A stretch of DNA of 51,425 nucleotides, taken from positions 1 to 51,425 of IMG/VR virus record IMGVR_UViG_3300037297_000175, one strand, 5' to 3'. The DNA is from a virus (Duplodnaviria > Caudoviricetes). The position numbers were made by a program, and so were the translations under genes. Position 1 is the first letter of the stretch. Each line of letters starts with the position of its first letter. The notes beneath the pieces are model-generated. The model was not told where the DNA came from. It was given only the letters and a program-made list of their open reading frames with translations, and did not search any database. Of the stretch, positions 17,337-27,356 are shown piece by piece.

Positions 17337-18823
17337 GATTGACCTCCGTAATTAAATCCAGACGCGAAATCGATTGAAATCACGTTGGCGTTGCCGGCCA
17401 GTTTGGCCACCATCTTGACATCGAGCCGTTTTGGATTTGTAAGGCCGATATCGGCGCTGCTGTTTTCTTTTGCGAAATCCGGATCGGCTATGATGGCGTC
17501 CAACGCCAGTACGTCGATGATTCGATAGAGAGCTGCCACCGCGTGCTTCGGTTTTCTTGCCTCGGGATTGGTTGATACCTGGTTGTTCGGAATCAACGGT
17601 TTCCCATCCCACTTGGAACCGTTGAACTCCAGGTCCAGCTCGTTGATGACCGTGCTCCGCTTCGCGAAGTCGACCACGTAGCGGAATCCCGGGGGCTCCT
17701 CCCCGGTCGGATGGTAGCAGGTCACGACATCGCCGATCTGCACCACCCCGTCTTTCACCTGGACCGTGGAGCAGCCCATCTTGACCGCGGCATCGCGCTG
17801 TGCACTCGTCCACTGGTCGCCATCGGCCGCTGGGGTAAGCCCGGTGCACGGCAATGATCCATAGTCGTGAGCCGGGTTCTGGTTGTCCATCTTGGCGATC
17901 TCTCGCACCTGATCCGCAGCGATGACAAACGGCAGGTCATGAGATCCTGAGTTTGTCAAAATAGCGTTGGTACGGTCCGTTTTTCTGGCGTCGGTGACGG
18001 CCGTGACCGCGCTCCATGATGCGTTGCAGCCGGTGAACACGCACAGTGGCTTGTGCACCTCGGGGTCGCGGCGGCCCTCGCCGAATAGCGCGAACTCGTC
18101 CAACTCGTCGCTGTCGGTGTAGTCGAGGGAGTTGATGGCGTGCGTCTCCCACGTATTGCCGACTTGCGCGAGCGCTGCCGAGATGTCCGGAGTTCCAGCG
18201 CCATTCGCTGGCTGAACAATGGTGAAAGAGGTCTCGGTGTCAATTGGAGACACCACCTCGACATAAACATTGTTCCCGCTGGCGCCCTCCCATTTGACCT
18301 CCAGGTTGCAAACTCCGGTTCCATCTGTTGCGGCAGCCGGCATACCAAGGATGGCGTTGATTGCAGCCACGATCTTTGTAGCTATCGTGGCATCGGTATC
18401 CGTGGACACGACAGAGAACTTGTCAGACAGAATGTTCCCAATCTTTACTTGATGCTCCTGTGTCTTCGTGAGCGTGCCAGGAACAGGCGTGATTGACCCT
18501 GTGGCCTGAACCCCGCCCGTGGCAGGCTGAGCTAGAGGATATAGGGTTACCTCTATAGAACCAACTCCACCGCCATACTTAGGGAATAGCGATTGTACCA
18601 TCAGATGGGCGGGCGACCCCCATCCCTCGACCTCGCCGACTTCTTCGGCGGAGAATACCCTCCGCTTTGTCGTCGAATAAGTATTGGCCTCGTTCCCTTG
18701 GGCAAAAACGGGTATTCTTGTCGGTCGGTATCGCGTACCGGCGGCGCCGAGGACCTGGTGATACGATCTGATCGCAACCCCTCGGGCAACTCTGTCGGGC
18801 GGATATGCATAGGTTACTGGCAT
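17333..18823 (-). CDS. Contractile tail sheath protein (Mu gpL-like)
   Basis: GWGSPAHLMV, KWEGASGN, GAGTPDISAALA, VTCYH motifs. Confidence 0.9.
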   Translation of the reverse strand: MPVTYAYPPDRVARGVAIRSYHQVLGAAGTRYRPTRIPVFAQGNEANTYSTTKRRVFSAEEVGEVEGWGSPAHLMVQSLFPKYGGGVGSIEVTLYPLAQPATGGVQATGSITPVPGTLTKTQEHQVKIGNILSDKFSVVSTDTDATIATKIVAAINAILGMPAAATDGTGVCNLEVKWEGASGNNVYVEVVSPIDTETSFTIVQPANGAGTPDISAALAQVGNTWETHAINSLDYTDSDELDEFALFGEGRRDPEVHKPLCVFTGCNASWSAVTAVTDARKTDRTNAILTNSGSHDLPFVIAADQVREIAKMDNQNPAHDYGSLPCTGLTPAADGDQWTSAQRDAAVKMGCSTVQVKDGVVQIGDVVTCYHPTGEEPPGFRYVVDFAKRSTVINELDLEFNGSKWDGKPLIPNNQVSTNPEARKPKHAVAALYRIIDVLALDAIIADPDFAKENSSADIGLTNPKRLDVKMVAKLAGNANVISIDFASGFNYGGQS

Positions 18824-18825
18824 TC

Positions 18826-20895
18826 TTACACCTCGCGTCTTAGCTCTGCACGGACAAGGCCGTCAGGCTCATGATAAACTTTGATATTGATGAGCTCCAG
18901 AGTCGGTGGCTCCTCAAGGTCGATTGTTTCATTGTGATGCACTTCAAGCGCAACCCGAAGCCCCATTACGTTCTGGACCGCAGGATTCCCCGATTGGGGC
19001 TGGAATGGGGTTAAGTCCGATACCCAACGACTCCATACCGGTTCTCCATCATTTGAAAAACCGAGTCGTCTATATTTGGGATGCATCAGGAATCGGCGGA
19101 TGAGTCTACCAACCTTATGCACACCCTTGGCTGAAGATTCATCCCCGGGAGCGTGGCCGTCGACTGTCGCCCTAGATGGTGCCCAAGTGTAGCAGTCAAC
19201 ATTATACTGACTTTTCGCCGCCTGCCTCGTAATACTGTTGGACGTTGGCTTGTCGAACGTGCTTGAGTCGTACCAAACGTTGACGATTGGTGTCTTGTCC
19301 GCGCCGTCTCGGTAGAGCTCCCACGGGTCGATACGTTCGGCGTAGACCAGAAACTTCCAGTCATCCGGATCATATCCAGCAGCGGCCGCAAGGGCCTGTT
19401 GAGACGCCGTCTCGAGCGCCAAGATCTCGGCAATCCTGTCTCTGACAATCTCGAATCCATCCATGTCTGTCACCAATGGGATTATCCACTCTCGCGTAAA
19501 TGGATACTCGGAAGCGTTCATTACCGATGCAGGCGACCATATCGCGGCACTCGCTTTGTTTTCTTGGGTCGCGATGGCATTAATCATCGACGCCGGCGAG
19601 TAGATGACTGCGGAAGCGTAGTTGAGGATTGCGTTGATGGCCACCGCGTGCGCGACGGACGCAGGGGAGCTGAAATCGGCCGTTGCGATGTTTTGCTGGG
19701 TCGCCGATGCGGATGCTTGCGAGGCTGGCGACGAGATGTTCGCCGATGCAATGTTGACTGCGGCATTGGTCGCCGTAGCGCTGGCCTCGGATGCCGGCGA
19801 GAAAAAAGATGCTGACGCATCGTTTGCCTGAGTAGCGTTGGCGCTATATTCTGGTGCTGGCGAATAGGCATTGCCTGATGCGATGTTAGCGCTCGACGCC
19901 GTTGCCGCTACCTTAGATGCCGGCGACAGGAAATCTGCTGACGCCTCATTTGCTTGGGTGGCGCCTGCACTGTGCTCCGATGCTGGTGAATAGGCTTCAC
20001 CAGATGCGCTATTGACGCTCGTCGTCGAAGCCTCCGCCTCCGAGGCCGGAGAGAACGCCGATGCTGATGCTTGGTTTGACTGTGTGCCGGTAGACGCCGA
20101 TATCGACGCGGGGGATTGGATATTGCCCGTGCATGCATTTGTGGACGCGGACAGCGTGACCGAAAATCCTACAGAGTTTCTCTGGCCGCTATCTGTCGTT
20201 ACAAAAGCATAGACGGTTCCTGCCGATAGACCGCCCTGGACGACGGTGCCGGTGATGGTGTCGTCTACCCATGTGGATACCGTCTGCTCTACCTTGATCG
20301 TGGCGGAATCGTAGTTGATGTTGTCACAGAGCTCGAACTTCCCGCCACCTTGTGCCGTTTCAAAGTCCGATCCGGTACCTGATAGCGATCCTCCAGGTGT
20401 GATGGGGTTGCCCGAGTTGACGCCGCTGATCGATGGGGGAATATACCCCCATGCCTGCATTCCAACAGTATGCCCATAGGTGCTCGGAAGATTAATCGAA
20501 GGATCAGACGCCGCCCACGTGGAGTATGTCGCAGCGACATACCTCAGAGTGCCGCCAGCGCTAGAAGACAATGTACCGTTGGTATCGCAGTTGCCACCGA
20601 GCCAAACCTCGTCGTTCTGCGTGACGGCAAAGTCGTCTATTGGAACTTCATTCCAAGATGAACCTGCACATGCATACCCGTCGTCATTGGATGCCAGAAG
20701 GTCGCCGGGGTGATCGGATCCGTTGTCGAGATGGGCGGCTACTTTGAGATTTCCGGATGAGATTGAATAATTTCGAATGTACTTTACAACGCCTGTGTAC
20801 AGAACCGTGTACTTGTTCGCCCCATAGTAATTGGGTAGCCTCGATGCGGTCGGCACCAAAGACCACTCGTTCCCTATGAGGCGTCGTAGCGGCAT
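18826..20895 (-). CDS. Tail completion/terminator-like C-terminal domain fused to a long N-terminal beta domain and 21-aa repeat region
   Basis: TAATG overlap supports a start at 20895; C-terminal DGFEIVRDRIAEILALE...PIVNVWYD; immediately upstream of the sheath gene. Confidence 0.65.
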   Translation of the reverse strand: MPLRRLIGNEWSLVPTASRLPNYYGANKYTVLYTGVVKYIRNYSISSGNLKVAAHLDNGSDHPGDLLASNDDGYACAGSSWNEVPIDDFAVTQNDEVWLGGNCDTNGTLSSSAGGTLRYVAATYSTWAASDPSINLPSTYGHTVGMQAWGYIPPSISGVNSGNPITPGGSLSGTGSDFETAQGGGKFELCDNINYDSATIKVEQTVSTWVDDTITGTVVQGGLSAGTVYAFVTTDSGQRNSVGFSVTLSASTNACTGNIQSPASISASTGTQSNQASASAFSPASEAEASTTSVNSASGEAYSPASEHSAGATQANEASADFLSPASKVAATASSANIASGNAYSPAPEYSANATQANDASASFFSPASEASATATNAAVNIASANISSPASQASASATQQNIATADFSSPASVAHAVAINAILNYASAVIYSPASMINAIATQENKASAAIWSPASVMNASEYPFTREWIIPLVTDMDGFEIVRDRIAEILALETASQQALAAAAGYDPDDWKFLVYAERIDPWELYRDGADKTPIVNVWYDSSTFDKPTSNSITRQAAKSQYNVDCYTWAPSRATVDGHAPGDESSAKGVHKVGRLIRRFLMHPKYRRLGFSNDGEPVWSRWVSDLTPFQPQSGNPAVQNVMGLRVALEVHHNETIDLEEPPTLELINIKVYHEPDGLVRAELRREV
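19515..20160 (-). repeat. Ten coding repeats of ~21 aa with an SPAS core (boundaries approximate)
   Basis: SPAS or SPAP occurs 10 times at 21-23 aa spacing. Confidence 0.85.
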
Positions 20896-21227
20896 TACCC
20901 AAGCATCGCTTTCAGTTGATTGATTTGGGTGACATTGTTCTGGCACCCAGAGCAGAGCTCTTCGTATGTCGTGTATCCAGCAGCCGCGCAGGTCTCGCAC
21001 CGATTAAAGTTGCGATTGGACAAATCCAGGATGCGGGCGATCTCGTCGGCGAAGCGGGAGTCACTTGGATTCACCCAGATACCGCCCGTCTCCTCGCGCG
21101 AGCTCTCGTTGTTCTCGCTGCAAAGCTGGATACAGATTTTTCCACGCCACTTCTCCCGGACATACCATGGGACACTGGTCAGCTCGAATGTGTGTCCGAC
21201 ATCGAGCTTTTGGTAGATGGATTTCAT
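20895..21227 (-). CDS. Hypothetical protein with two CxxC motifs in the neck module
   Basis: AAGGAGG RBS; CETC...CSGC. Confidence 0.6.
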   Translation of the reverse strand: MKSIYQKLDVGHTFELTSVPWYVREKWRGKICIQLCSENNESSREETGGIWVNPSDSRFADEIARILDLSNRNFNRCETCAAAGYTTYEELCSGCQNNVTQINQLKAMLG

Positions 21228-21236
21228 CGAACCTCC

Positions 21237-21662
21237 TTACGGTGTCGGATCGTAGGTTTCGCGCTGGGTGACCGTTGGTGCCGCGCTGAACGTCACCGGA
21301 ATGTCCGTGGCGAGGGTCAACGAGGTCAATTCGAATTCCTCACCAGAGCCCGTTGCTCCAACGGATCCTGTCTCTCGCACGTTGCCGTCCTTGTCGCATA
21401 TGGCGACCTTCGCGACAGTGCCTGCGGCCGATGGCAACTGCTGATAGCCAACCCATGACGCCTCGCCATCCGGTGGATTGAACGTGCTCACGGCATCAAC
21501 AGCATCAGCGACGGCCTTGGTCGTGTCGAGATTGATGACCAATAGATCGGCGTCACCTGATGTCCGGTATCTCAGGGTTGGGTAGGTGCCCGATCCTGCA
21601 TCAAAAAGCGCATTGCCGGCATTTCTCATGGCGTTGCGCATTGGCATGCTTAATGTACTCAT
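21237..21662 (-). CDS. Putative minor virion structural protein
   Basis: MRNAM..LFDAGSG...AAGTVAKVAICDKDG...GSVGATGSG pattern. Confidence 0.6.
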   Translation of the reverse strand: MSTLSMPMRNAMRNAGNALFDAGSGTYPTLRYRTSGDADLLVINLDTTKAVADAVDAVSTFNPPDGEASWVGYQQLPSAAGTVAKVAICDKDGNVRETGSVGATGSGEEFELTSLTLATDIPVTFSAAPTVTQRETYDPTP

Positions 21663-21665
21663 ACT

Positions 21666-22049
21666 TTATTCACTTTCATACAACTCAAGAAAGAGCGTGT
21701 TCAGTCCGGCCCCGTTGTCCGGGTTGGATTCCGAGACCTTGAATTTCCCTGGAATGCCGTTGACATCGACGGTGTCCACCACCCATGGCCTGGAATCCTT
21801 GTCGGCAATACCTCGTATCCCCTCAAAGCCCACGACCAGCAGTTCGGAGATGAGCACGGAGATGGAGGATTGCCTCCCGGTCACGTACTGACCGGTCCCC
21901 GGGTCTATGGCGAGGTGGATGTCGTTTCCGAAAACTCGAAACGCATGGAAGGCGCCAGCGGGGCTCGTGATGGTACACAGATCCCCGCCTGTTTCTTCGT
22001 CGTTCATGATCTCGATCAGGTCGAGATGCGCTTCATCTCGAAGGGACAT
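21666..22049 (-). CDS. Head-tail joining protein (FII-like)
   Basis: IDPGTGQYVTGRQSSI motif; position after the capsid genes. Confidence 0.65.
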   Translation of the reverse strand: MSLRDEAHLDLIEIMNDEETGGDLCTITSPAGAFHAFRVFGNDIHLAIDPGTGQYVTGRQSSISVLISELLVVGFEGIRGIADKDSRPWVVDTVDVNGIPGKFKVSESNPDNGAGLNTLFLELYESE

Positions 22050-22358
22050 CTACTTCTTGGCCGCCTCCTTGAGCTTCAATTCGTAGTCGGCCTTAGTGAC
22101 GACATCGCCCCGTTCAACAAGATCTAGAAAAATCGCATTGGAATCGCCACGGAAGCATTTTGGAGTAACTGCGCAACCAGCGTCTATGATACCTTTGAGG
22201 GTTCCACAAATCGAACGCCCCGGCGCGACCACGTACTCGCTTTGTTTCGCGTCCGTCTTGTCATCTGGGTTTCGCATTACGTCGTCCTTCGACGCATCAA
22301 TACCCGTGGCGGTATCGGTGACAGATTCAGGCGATGGCATATGTTTTGATTTACCCAT
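22050..22358 (-). CDS. Hypothetical head-region protein (lambda FI position)
   Basis: Directly after the major capsid gene. Confidence 0.5.
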   Translation of the reverse strand: MGKSKHMPSPESVTDTATGIDASKDDVMRNPDDKTDAKQSEYVVAPGRSICGTLKGIIDAGCAVTPKCFRGDSNAIFLDLVERGDVVTKADYELKLKEAAKK

Positions 22359-22360
22359 GG

Positions 22361-23464
22361 CTAGAATCCTTTCGTGGTTAGGGTCCCGAATCGGTCAATC
22401 GTGATCGGTGCCAAAGCAATGCGGGTTCCTACACCGAAATTGAACACCTCATAATCCTCAGAGAACCACATGTTGTAAGAAAGATCGGCAAGCTTATTTG
22501 GATCTGCCATTCGTCCGCCCTGTACCAGTCGAGCCGCCTCCTGGTTGATACCGAACTTGTTCAGTTTCCCGAACGTCGCATCAAGCCTCGGCTCGGCTTC
22601 ACTGATCACCTTGTTGTCGGGCACGTATTTGGTAGCGGCTCCTGTCGACGGATCGTCATAGTACCCATCGTATGTGTACAGATCCACCTCGTGTCCACGC
22701 ACCTTGAGTACACCCTTGAAGATGAAATCCGCGGGCAATCTCGGATGGATTGGATCTCGACTATCGTCCAGACGGTAGATTTCACCCGTGTACGAGCTGG
22801 ACGCGCCGGCTTTGAATTGGTCCGTGTTTTTCATATCGTCAAAACACTTTGAATTCATAACGGAGCGCATGACCCTCTTTTTGCCATTGGTGGAAATCAC
22901 ATCATAGTGGTCCGCCATGTCAGTGAACGGAACCGCAGATCCAGTAGTCGTCCATGCCACCGATGCATTCGGAAAGTGCGTCGTTCTTGGCCCGAAGTCC
23001 TCAGTGAAAACCACCCCGTTCTCATCTGATAAGGACACCGTGGCAGATAGAAGCACCTGAGAGCCGTAGAGCTCGATTGCCAGCTTGATCATTTGCTGGA
23101 GCTCCATCACTGTAGGGGCAACCTTTGTTCGGATTTGCTCCATGATCGCTGGATTTTCATAGATTGTTTTGCCGATAGTGCGCCCCTGCATCACTTCATC
23201 AGCTCCGATTGTGAGCGCCTCCTTGTAGACTGTCGGGACAATCTCCTTGATAGTGAAGCTCTTCAGCGAATTCTTTCGATATCCCACACTGGGATCTCGA
23301 ACGGGAAGCGCGATCTTGCGGGATGTCCGCATCACATGGAACTCCACCTTCGTTTTGTTGTGGATTCCACCAACTGGAACCTTGAACAAGCTGGAAAGAC
23401 CAGCCGGCCCTTCATCTGCCTCGATGAACGGTTCCAGCAATTGAATCGTATCAGAAACGGCCAT
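22361..23464 (-). CDS. Major capsid protein (lambda gpE-like)
   Basis: 367 aa; DFG...HFP..W, LYTYDGYY, KYVPDNKV; gene order after protease and decoration genes. Confidence 0.85.
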   Translation of the reverse strand: MAVSDTIQLLEPFIEADEGPAGLSSLFKVPVGGIHNKTKVEFHVMRTSRKIALPVRDPSVGYRKNSLKSFTIKEIVPTVYKEALTIGADEVMQGRTIGKTIYENPAIMEQIRTKVAPTVMELQQMIKLAIELYGSQVLLSATVSLSDENGVVFTEDFGPRTTHFPNASVAWTTTGSAVPFTDMADHYDVISTNGKKRVMRSVMNSKCFDDMKNTDQFKAGASSSYTGEIYRLDDSRDPIHPRLPADFIFKGVLKVRGHEVDLYTYDGYYDDPSTGAATKYVPDNKVISEAEPRLDATFGKLNKFGINQEAARLVQGGRMADPNKLADLSYNMWFSEDYEVFNFGVGTRIALAPITIDRFGTLTTKGF

Positions 23465-23473
23465 TTTGCCCTC

Positions 23474-24160
23474 CTACCAGCTCTCTGTCCCGCCGAGGTC
23501 TCTTACTGCCTCGAACGTGATACCGCTGTTTTTGATGAGTTTGTCGAAGACGAGCGTATCAATTGCCGTGCTGTCATCGAGTTTCGAAAGTTTTGTCTTG
23601 TTCAAGTGACCACCTTTGATCACCCGGACACTGAGATCGCCGCTTGCCGCGAATGTCAGCGAATGCGGCAGAACCGCTGTTGGCTCGTTCAATCCGTTTG
23701 AGCCAGAGTCACTGTATGGCCCCATCTTCTTGGTGCTCGTGTTCCTGGCCAAAAGAGTTCCCTTTGGCCAAGTGGCGCTTTGGCCCGTTCCAGCAACGGC
23801 CGCATCCCATGTGAGTGTTGCGGTACTGGAGGCGTCGATAGCGATGGAGCTGCCCAATCCAGTGGAGTCGGATGTGATCTTCACATGTCCGGTGTCGACC
23901 TCTACAGAGCATCCGTCGAGCTGCGCATTGGCCTGTGCGGCAATAAGCGCGGCCGTGTTTGTCGTCCCATCGAACGTGACCGTCTGGTTGGCGCCACCAT
24001 CCACCGAGACAACAAGGGTCTTGGTGTCCTGATCCACCGTCTCGTTCGTTGCGGACGTGATACTCCCCGCTGTTCCTGTCAGGTCTGCTGTGATGAGCTC
24101 TGGCTCATAGTCGCATTTCCCCAGGACGAGATCGTCTCTTGTTTCGTGAGTCGTAATCAT
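23474..24160 (-). CDS. Head decoration protein (gpD-like) with an inserted domain
   Basis: GTLLARNTSTKKMGPY..GSNG..PTAVL core; ATGA overlap with the protease gene. Confidence 0.7.
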   Translation of the reverse strand: MITTHETRDDLVLGKCDYEPELITADLTGTAGSITSATNETVDQDTKTLVVSVDGGANQTVTFDGTTNTAALIAAQANAQLDGCSVEVDTGHVKITSDSTGLGSSIAIDASSTATLTWDAAVAGTGQSATWPKGTLLARNTSTKKMGPYSDSGSNGLNEPTAVLPHSLTFAASGDLSVRVIKGGHLNKTKLSKLDDSTAIDTLVFDKLIKNSGITFEAVRDLGGTESW

Positions 24161-25269
24161 TCCACCACCCATCCTTTGTGTTTGGCCAAAAAGGCTTGTC
24201 GGTCCTTCTCGTCCTGGCTGGCTGTCAATGCAGCGGCATCGCCAGCGGTATTGATCTCGGGCGGGCTGTCGTCCTGTCGAGCCTGGATCATGTTGCGCTT
24301 CATGGCGGCTGACATGTGCTGCGCCTTCACCATTTCGGTGATGCCCTCTCCGTCCTTGATCGCCTTGTGAGCCGCCTCGACATCGCCGCTTCCTTCCGCG
24401 AGGATAAGGTGAGCACAGGCGCGCTCGTGCTCCTCTTTTGAGCCCGCCTCTTTGCCCGCGTTGAAAACAGCGTCATACGTGGCCCGGTGCTCTTCCTTCA
24501 GTGTTTTCGGGTCCATCTTGTCTCCTATCTTTGCCGCCTTGGATTCGGCGGGCTGGTTGTTCATGATTCCGTCAATCATCTTCTTCTGGAGGGCGGTCCT
24601 GGCGGTCATTACGGCCCCTTGGCCGTAGTCTCGCTTGACTTTGTCGACAGTGGTCTTGCGGCCAGCTGCAATCATCTCTGCATACACCTCATAAAAGTCG
24701 TCGAGCTCCTCCTCGACAACCTTCTTCCCCTCTTCGGTGGTCACATCCGGCCGTTTGTTCCGACTGTCACTATTGGTGATGTCGATGATTCTGTCGGACA
24801 CGTACATCGCTGTTGCGATGCCGACACTTCCAACTGCCGAGACTTCGCTTTCAGCGACGATTTCACCTGTTTGAGACGCCAGCATGTAGGCTGCGGAGGC
24901 CAAGGTGTCGCCGGCAATCGTCCTTGTCGGGACGCTCGCCGAAGCAATCGCCTTCATCGCGTCATACAGTCCGTCGACGTACCCACCAGGGCTGTCGATT
25001 TCAAAATCAATTTGTTTGGCGCCCTTGTACTGGGCCTCGGCGACGTCGGAAATGATCTCCGAGTAGACCGCATAGTCCTCATCCCAGTAATCAAGCCAAG
25101 AGTTGCGCTTGGGATATAGCGGCCCCTTTATCTTGATGGTCGCGACACCATTCTTGACCTGCACCGGATCGCGGTCTTTCGATTTTGCCTCGGGCAAGGG
25201 CTGTCCGACAACACTGGCGAACAGGTATGCAAGTCTCTCGACTTCGTCTTGGAGCATCAGTAGCTTCAT
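24157..25269 (-). CDS. Capsid maturation protease (S49) with C-terminal scaffold region
   Basis: IDSPGG, ASAAYMLAS, VGSVG; possible internal start at MDPKTLK. Confidence 0.9.
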   Translation of the reverse strand: MKLLMLQDEVERLAYLFASVVGQPLPEAKSKDRDPVQVKNGVATIKIKGPLYPKRNSWLDYWDEDYAVYSEIISDVAEAQYKGAKQIDFEIDSPGGYVDGLYDAMKAIASASVPTRTIAGDTLASAAYMLASQTGEIVAESEVSAVGSVGIATAMYVSDRIIDITNSDSRNKRPDVTTEEGKKVVEEELDDFYEVYAEMIAAGRKTTVDKVKRDYGQGAVMTARTALQKKMIDGIMNNQPAESKAAKIGDKMDPKTLKEEHRATYDAVFNAGKEAGSKEEHERACAHLILAEGSGDVEAAHKAIKDGEGITEMVKAQHMSAAMKRNMIQARQDDSPPEINTAGDAAALTASQDEKDRQAFLAKHKGWVVE

Positions 25270-26924
25270 GCCGCGGCCTCCTCCTCGACCATGTCCGTTG
25301 GATCGAAGACTCCCATGCCGAGCGCTTTCATCGCATCGGTGACGTTTTTCTCGCCAAACTCGCGCTGTGCCTCGAGGATGGGACGCATCGCCTTTACCTT
25401 CATGCGGTTTTCCTTCTCCAGTTTGCGGATCGTCTTGTCGAACTTGGAACCAGTGAGCGCCCTCGAGGCGTGGCTGTTTGTCTCCCATCCCTCGGAGACC
25501 ATTGCCTTGTGAGCATTGACCTCTTTGAGAATGTCGACTGATGGCTTGATAGATCCAATCCAATCGATTGACAGCCAAGCCTGTTTGACGTCGTATTTCA
25601 TCGGGTCGGACAGCGCCTCGAGGAACCCTGGCGCCTCGATTTTTCCAAGCAGTAGCTCGGATATAAACCACTCCTCGACGAGATTCTGGCAGTGCTGAGA
25701 AGCAAACCGTGCCCGCTTCTCGTCGAGCACCATAATGAATTCGCGTAGAGCAGCTTGGGATGCAGAGTAGTTGCTGCTGAAGCTAAGCAATAAGATCTCA
25801 GGAGGAATTTCCATTGCCCATGAGAGGCCAGCTACAATGGCCGACTCGAACGACGCGAAATTCACATCCGTTCCATGGACAGAATACGGGACTGGTTCCT
25901 CGCCCGGTTGCAGTGAGCCAAACCATACCCCTGGCAGGATCCTGTTGACCTCCACGGGCCTCGTTTCGCCCGTCGTGTCATCTGTGACGCTGTCCTTGCG
26001 CACGGCGCCGTTGCCGATGTGAGGAATCATCTTGGCTTCTTGGGCGCGTTTGATGAACCCAATGATCATCGCATTGATCGATGATTTGAGCTGGGCGCTG
26101 TCCCTATTTTTTTGAATTTCATTTAGCGGCTGGATCGCCATGCCAAGCCCCGGCATTCCGCGCACATCATCCTCGCGCTTGTTCGGACCGTAGACAAGCC
26201 AAGCGGTGTGGCGACCCGACTTCGGCCCGTGCGCAGGCACGTAGACATAGCTGTTGTTGAAAATGTGATCGGTTCCCTGATAGACCCAGAACCCGAGGTG
26301 CTTGCCGTTCTTGTCTAGCTTCACACCGTCGATGACATCCTTGTCTAAGGCGTGCTCGGGTGGGGTCTGCACACGGTTGCCAGAGACAATCTGAATCTGC
26401 GGGAGCCCCGTTGGTTTGTGCTGTCGATTGATAACGAGGCAATCACCGTCAATAAACGCCTCTTGGTAGATCTGGGCTTGTTGCTCACCGTCGATTCTGT
26501 ATCCTTTGCAATCGATAATTTCTTTCGACTTGCAATAGAGCCTGTATCGATTCTCCATTTTGTCTGCCCAGTCGACAAGGGAGTCTTCTGGCGCGCCGAT
26601 AACAGATTCTTCTGGCGTAAAATCCGGCTCCAATCCTTTGTGGATCACATTAGTTACGAGGCGATTTACAATTCCGATAGCATAGGTGTTCGTCCGGAAT
26701 AGGGCTCCACTTCGGGCTCGAAGTGTCCAGTAGTCGAGTGACGCGATCTCATCGATTTGGCCGGAAACACCTCCCCAGAAATTCGCCCCATCGTACGTGC
26801 CTGTCGGTGGAGAAATGAATTGAGATTGGGCTTGAATCGGAACCGGTTCGGGTTCTTCAGCTGCTGGCGAATCGGGCCAGATCCAGGGGAGCTCCTCTTC
26901 CTCGATGCGACGGCCCCAGCTCAT
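25266..26924 (-). CDS. Portal protein, lambda family
   Basis: LRARSGALFRTN, IDGVKLDKNGK..GFWV, VRGMP, NYSASQAAL. Confidence 0.92.
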   Translation of the reverse strand: MSWGRRIEEEELPWIWPDSPAAEEPEPVPIQAQSQFISPPTGTYDGANFWGGVSGQIDEIASLDYWTLRARSGALFRTNTYAIGIVNRLVTNVIHKGLEPDFTPEESVIGAPEDSLVDWADKMENRYRLYCKSKEIIDCKGYRIDGEQQAQIYQEAFIDGDCLVINRQHKPTGLPQIQIVSGNRVQTPPEHALDKDVIDGVKLDKNGKHLGFWVYQGTDHIFNNSYVYVPAHGPKSGRHTAWLVYGPNKREDDVRGMPGLGMAIQPLNEIQKNRDSAQLKSSINAMIIGFIKRAQEAKMIPHIGNGAVRKDSVTDDTTGETRPVEVNRILPGVWFGSLQPGEEPVPYSVHGTDVNFASFESAIVAGLSWAMEIPPEILLLSFSSNYSASQAALREFIMVLDEKRARFASQHCQNLVEEWFISELLLGKIEAPGFLEALSDPMKYDVKQAWLSIDWIGSIKPSVDILKEVNAHKAMVSEGWETNSHASRALTGSKFDKTIRKLEKENRMKVKAMRPILEAQREFGEKNVTDAMKALGMGVFDPTDMVEEEAAA

Positions 26925-27184
26925 GCGGACCTCACCAGGGTTGTACCGCTGCCGTTGAGACGAGCATCGAGCCAATCCAAGCGGAGATAGAGCTTGTCCA
27001 GCTCGGCGCTTAGCCGCGATATATCCTTCTTGGTTACCGTCTGTCGAGTCTGGCCGGTGTCAATCGTATAGCTCTGGAATTTTCCAGTAGACAGCGCAAG
27101 AATAGCGTCCTCGATGGCCTCGATGGCCGTTTTGGTTTTATCGATCCGAGATTGGAGCCATGTTGCGGTTATTGCTGATGCCAT
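26921..27184 (-). CDS. Head completion protein (gpW-like)
   Basis: AILALSTGKFQSYTIDTGQTRQTVT; directly upstream of the portal gene. Confidence 0.8.
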   Translation of the reverse strand: MASAITATWLQSRIDKTKTAIEAIEDAILALSTGKFQSYTIDTGQTRQTVTKKDISRLSAELDKLYLRLDWLDARLNGSGTTLVRSA

Positions 27185-27324
27185 GTCTCATAGCCCAAAA
27201 TTGAGACAAAAATGTCTCTCTGAGACAAGTATGTCTCATTAGTGTCTCACTGGTCAAGCGGGAATGCATAAAAATGTATCACTTGCATAATTATATAATA
27301 AATACAGCTATTTAGATTGTCTCA
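27184..27324. promoter_or_regulatory. TGAGACA/TGTCTCA operator-like array upstream of the head operon, with a possible minus-strand TTGACC-N18-CATACT promoter
   Basis: Copies at 27184, 27202, 27213 (one mismatch), 27221, 27232, 27243 and 27318. Confidence 0.6.
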
Positions 27325-27356
27325 AAAAAAGATTTTGCCTGATTCACTTTTTTTGC

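Noticed and set aside
25270-25671. Long N-terminal extensions of the protease, portal, integrase and ERF ORFs in the ORF track
   Set aside because: Downstream starts with an RBS or ATGA/TAATG coupling fit better; the extensions overlap neighbouring genes or control regions.
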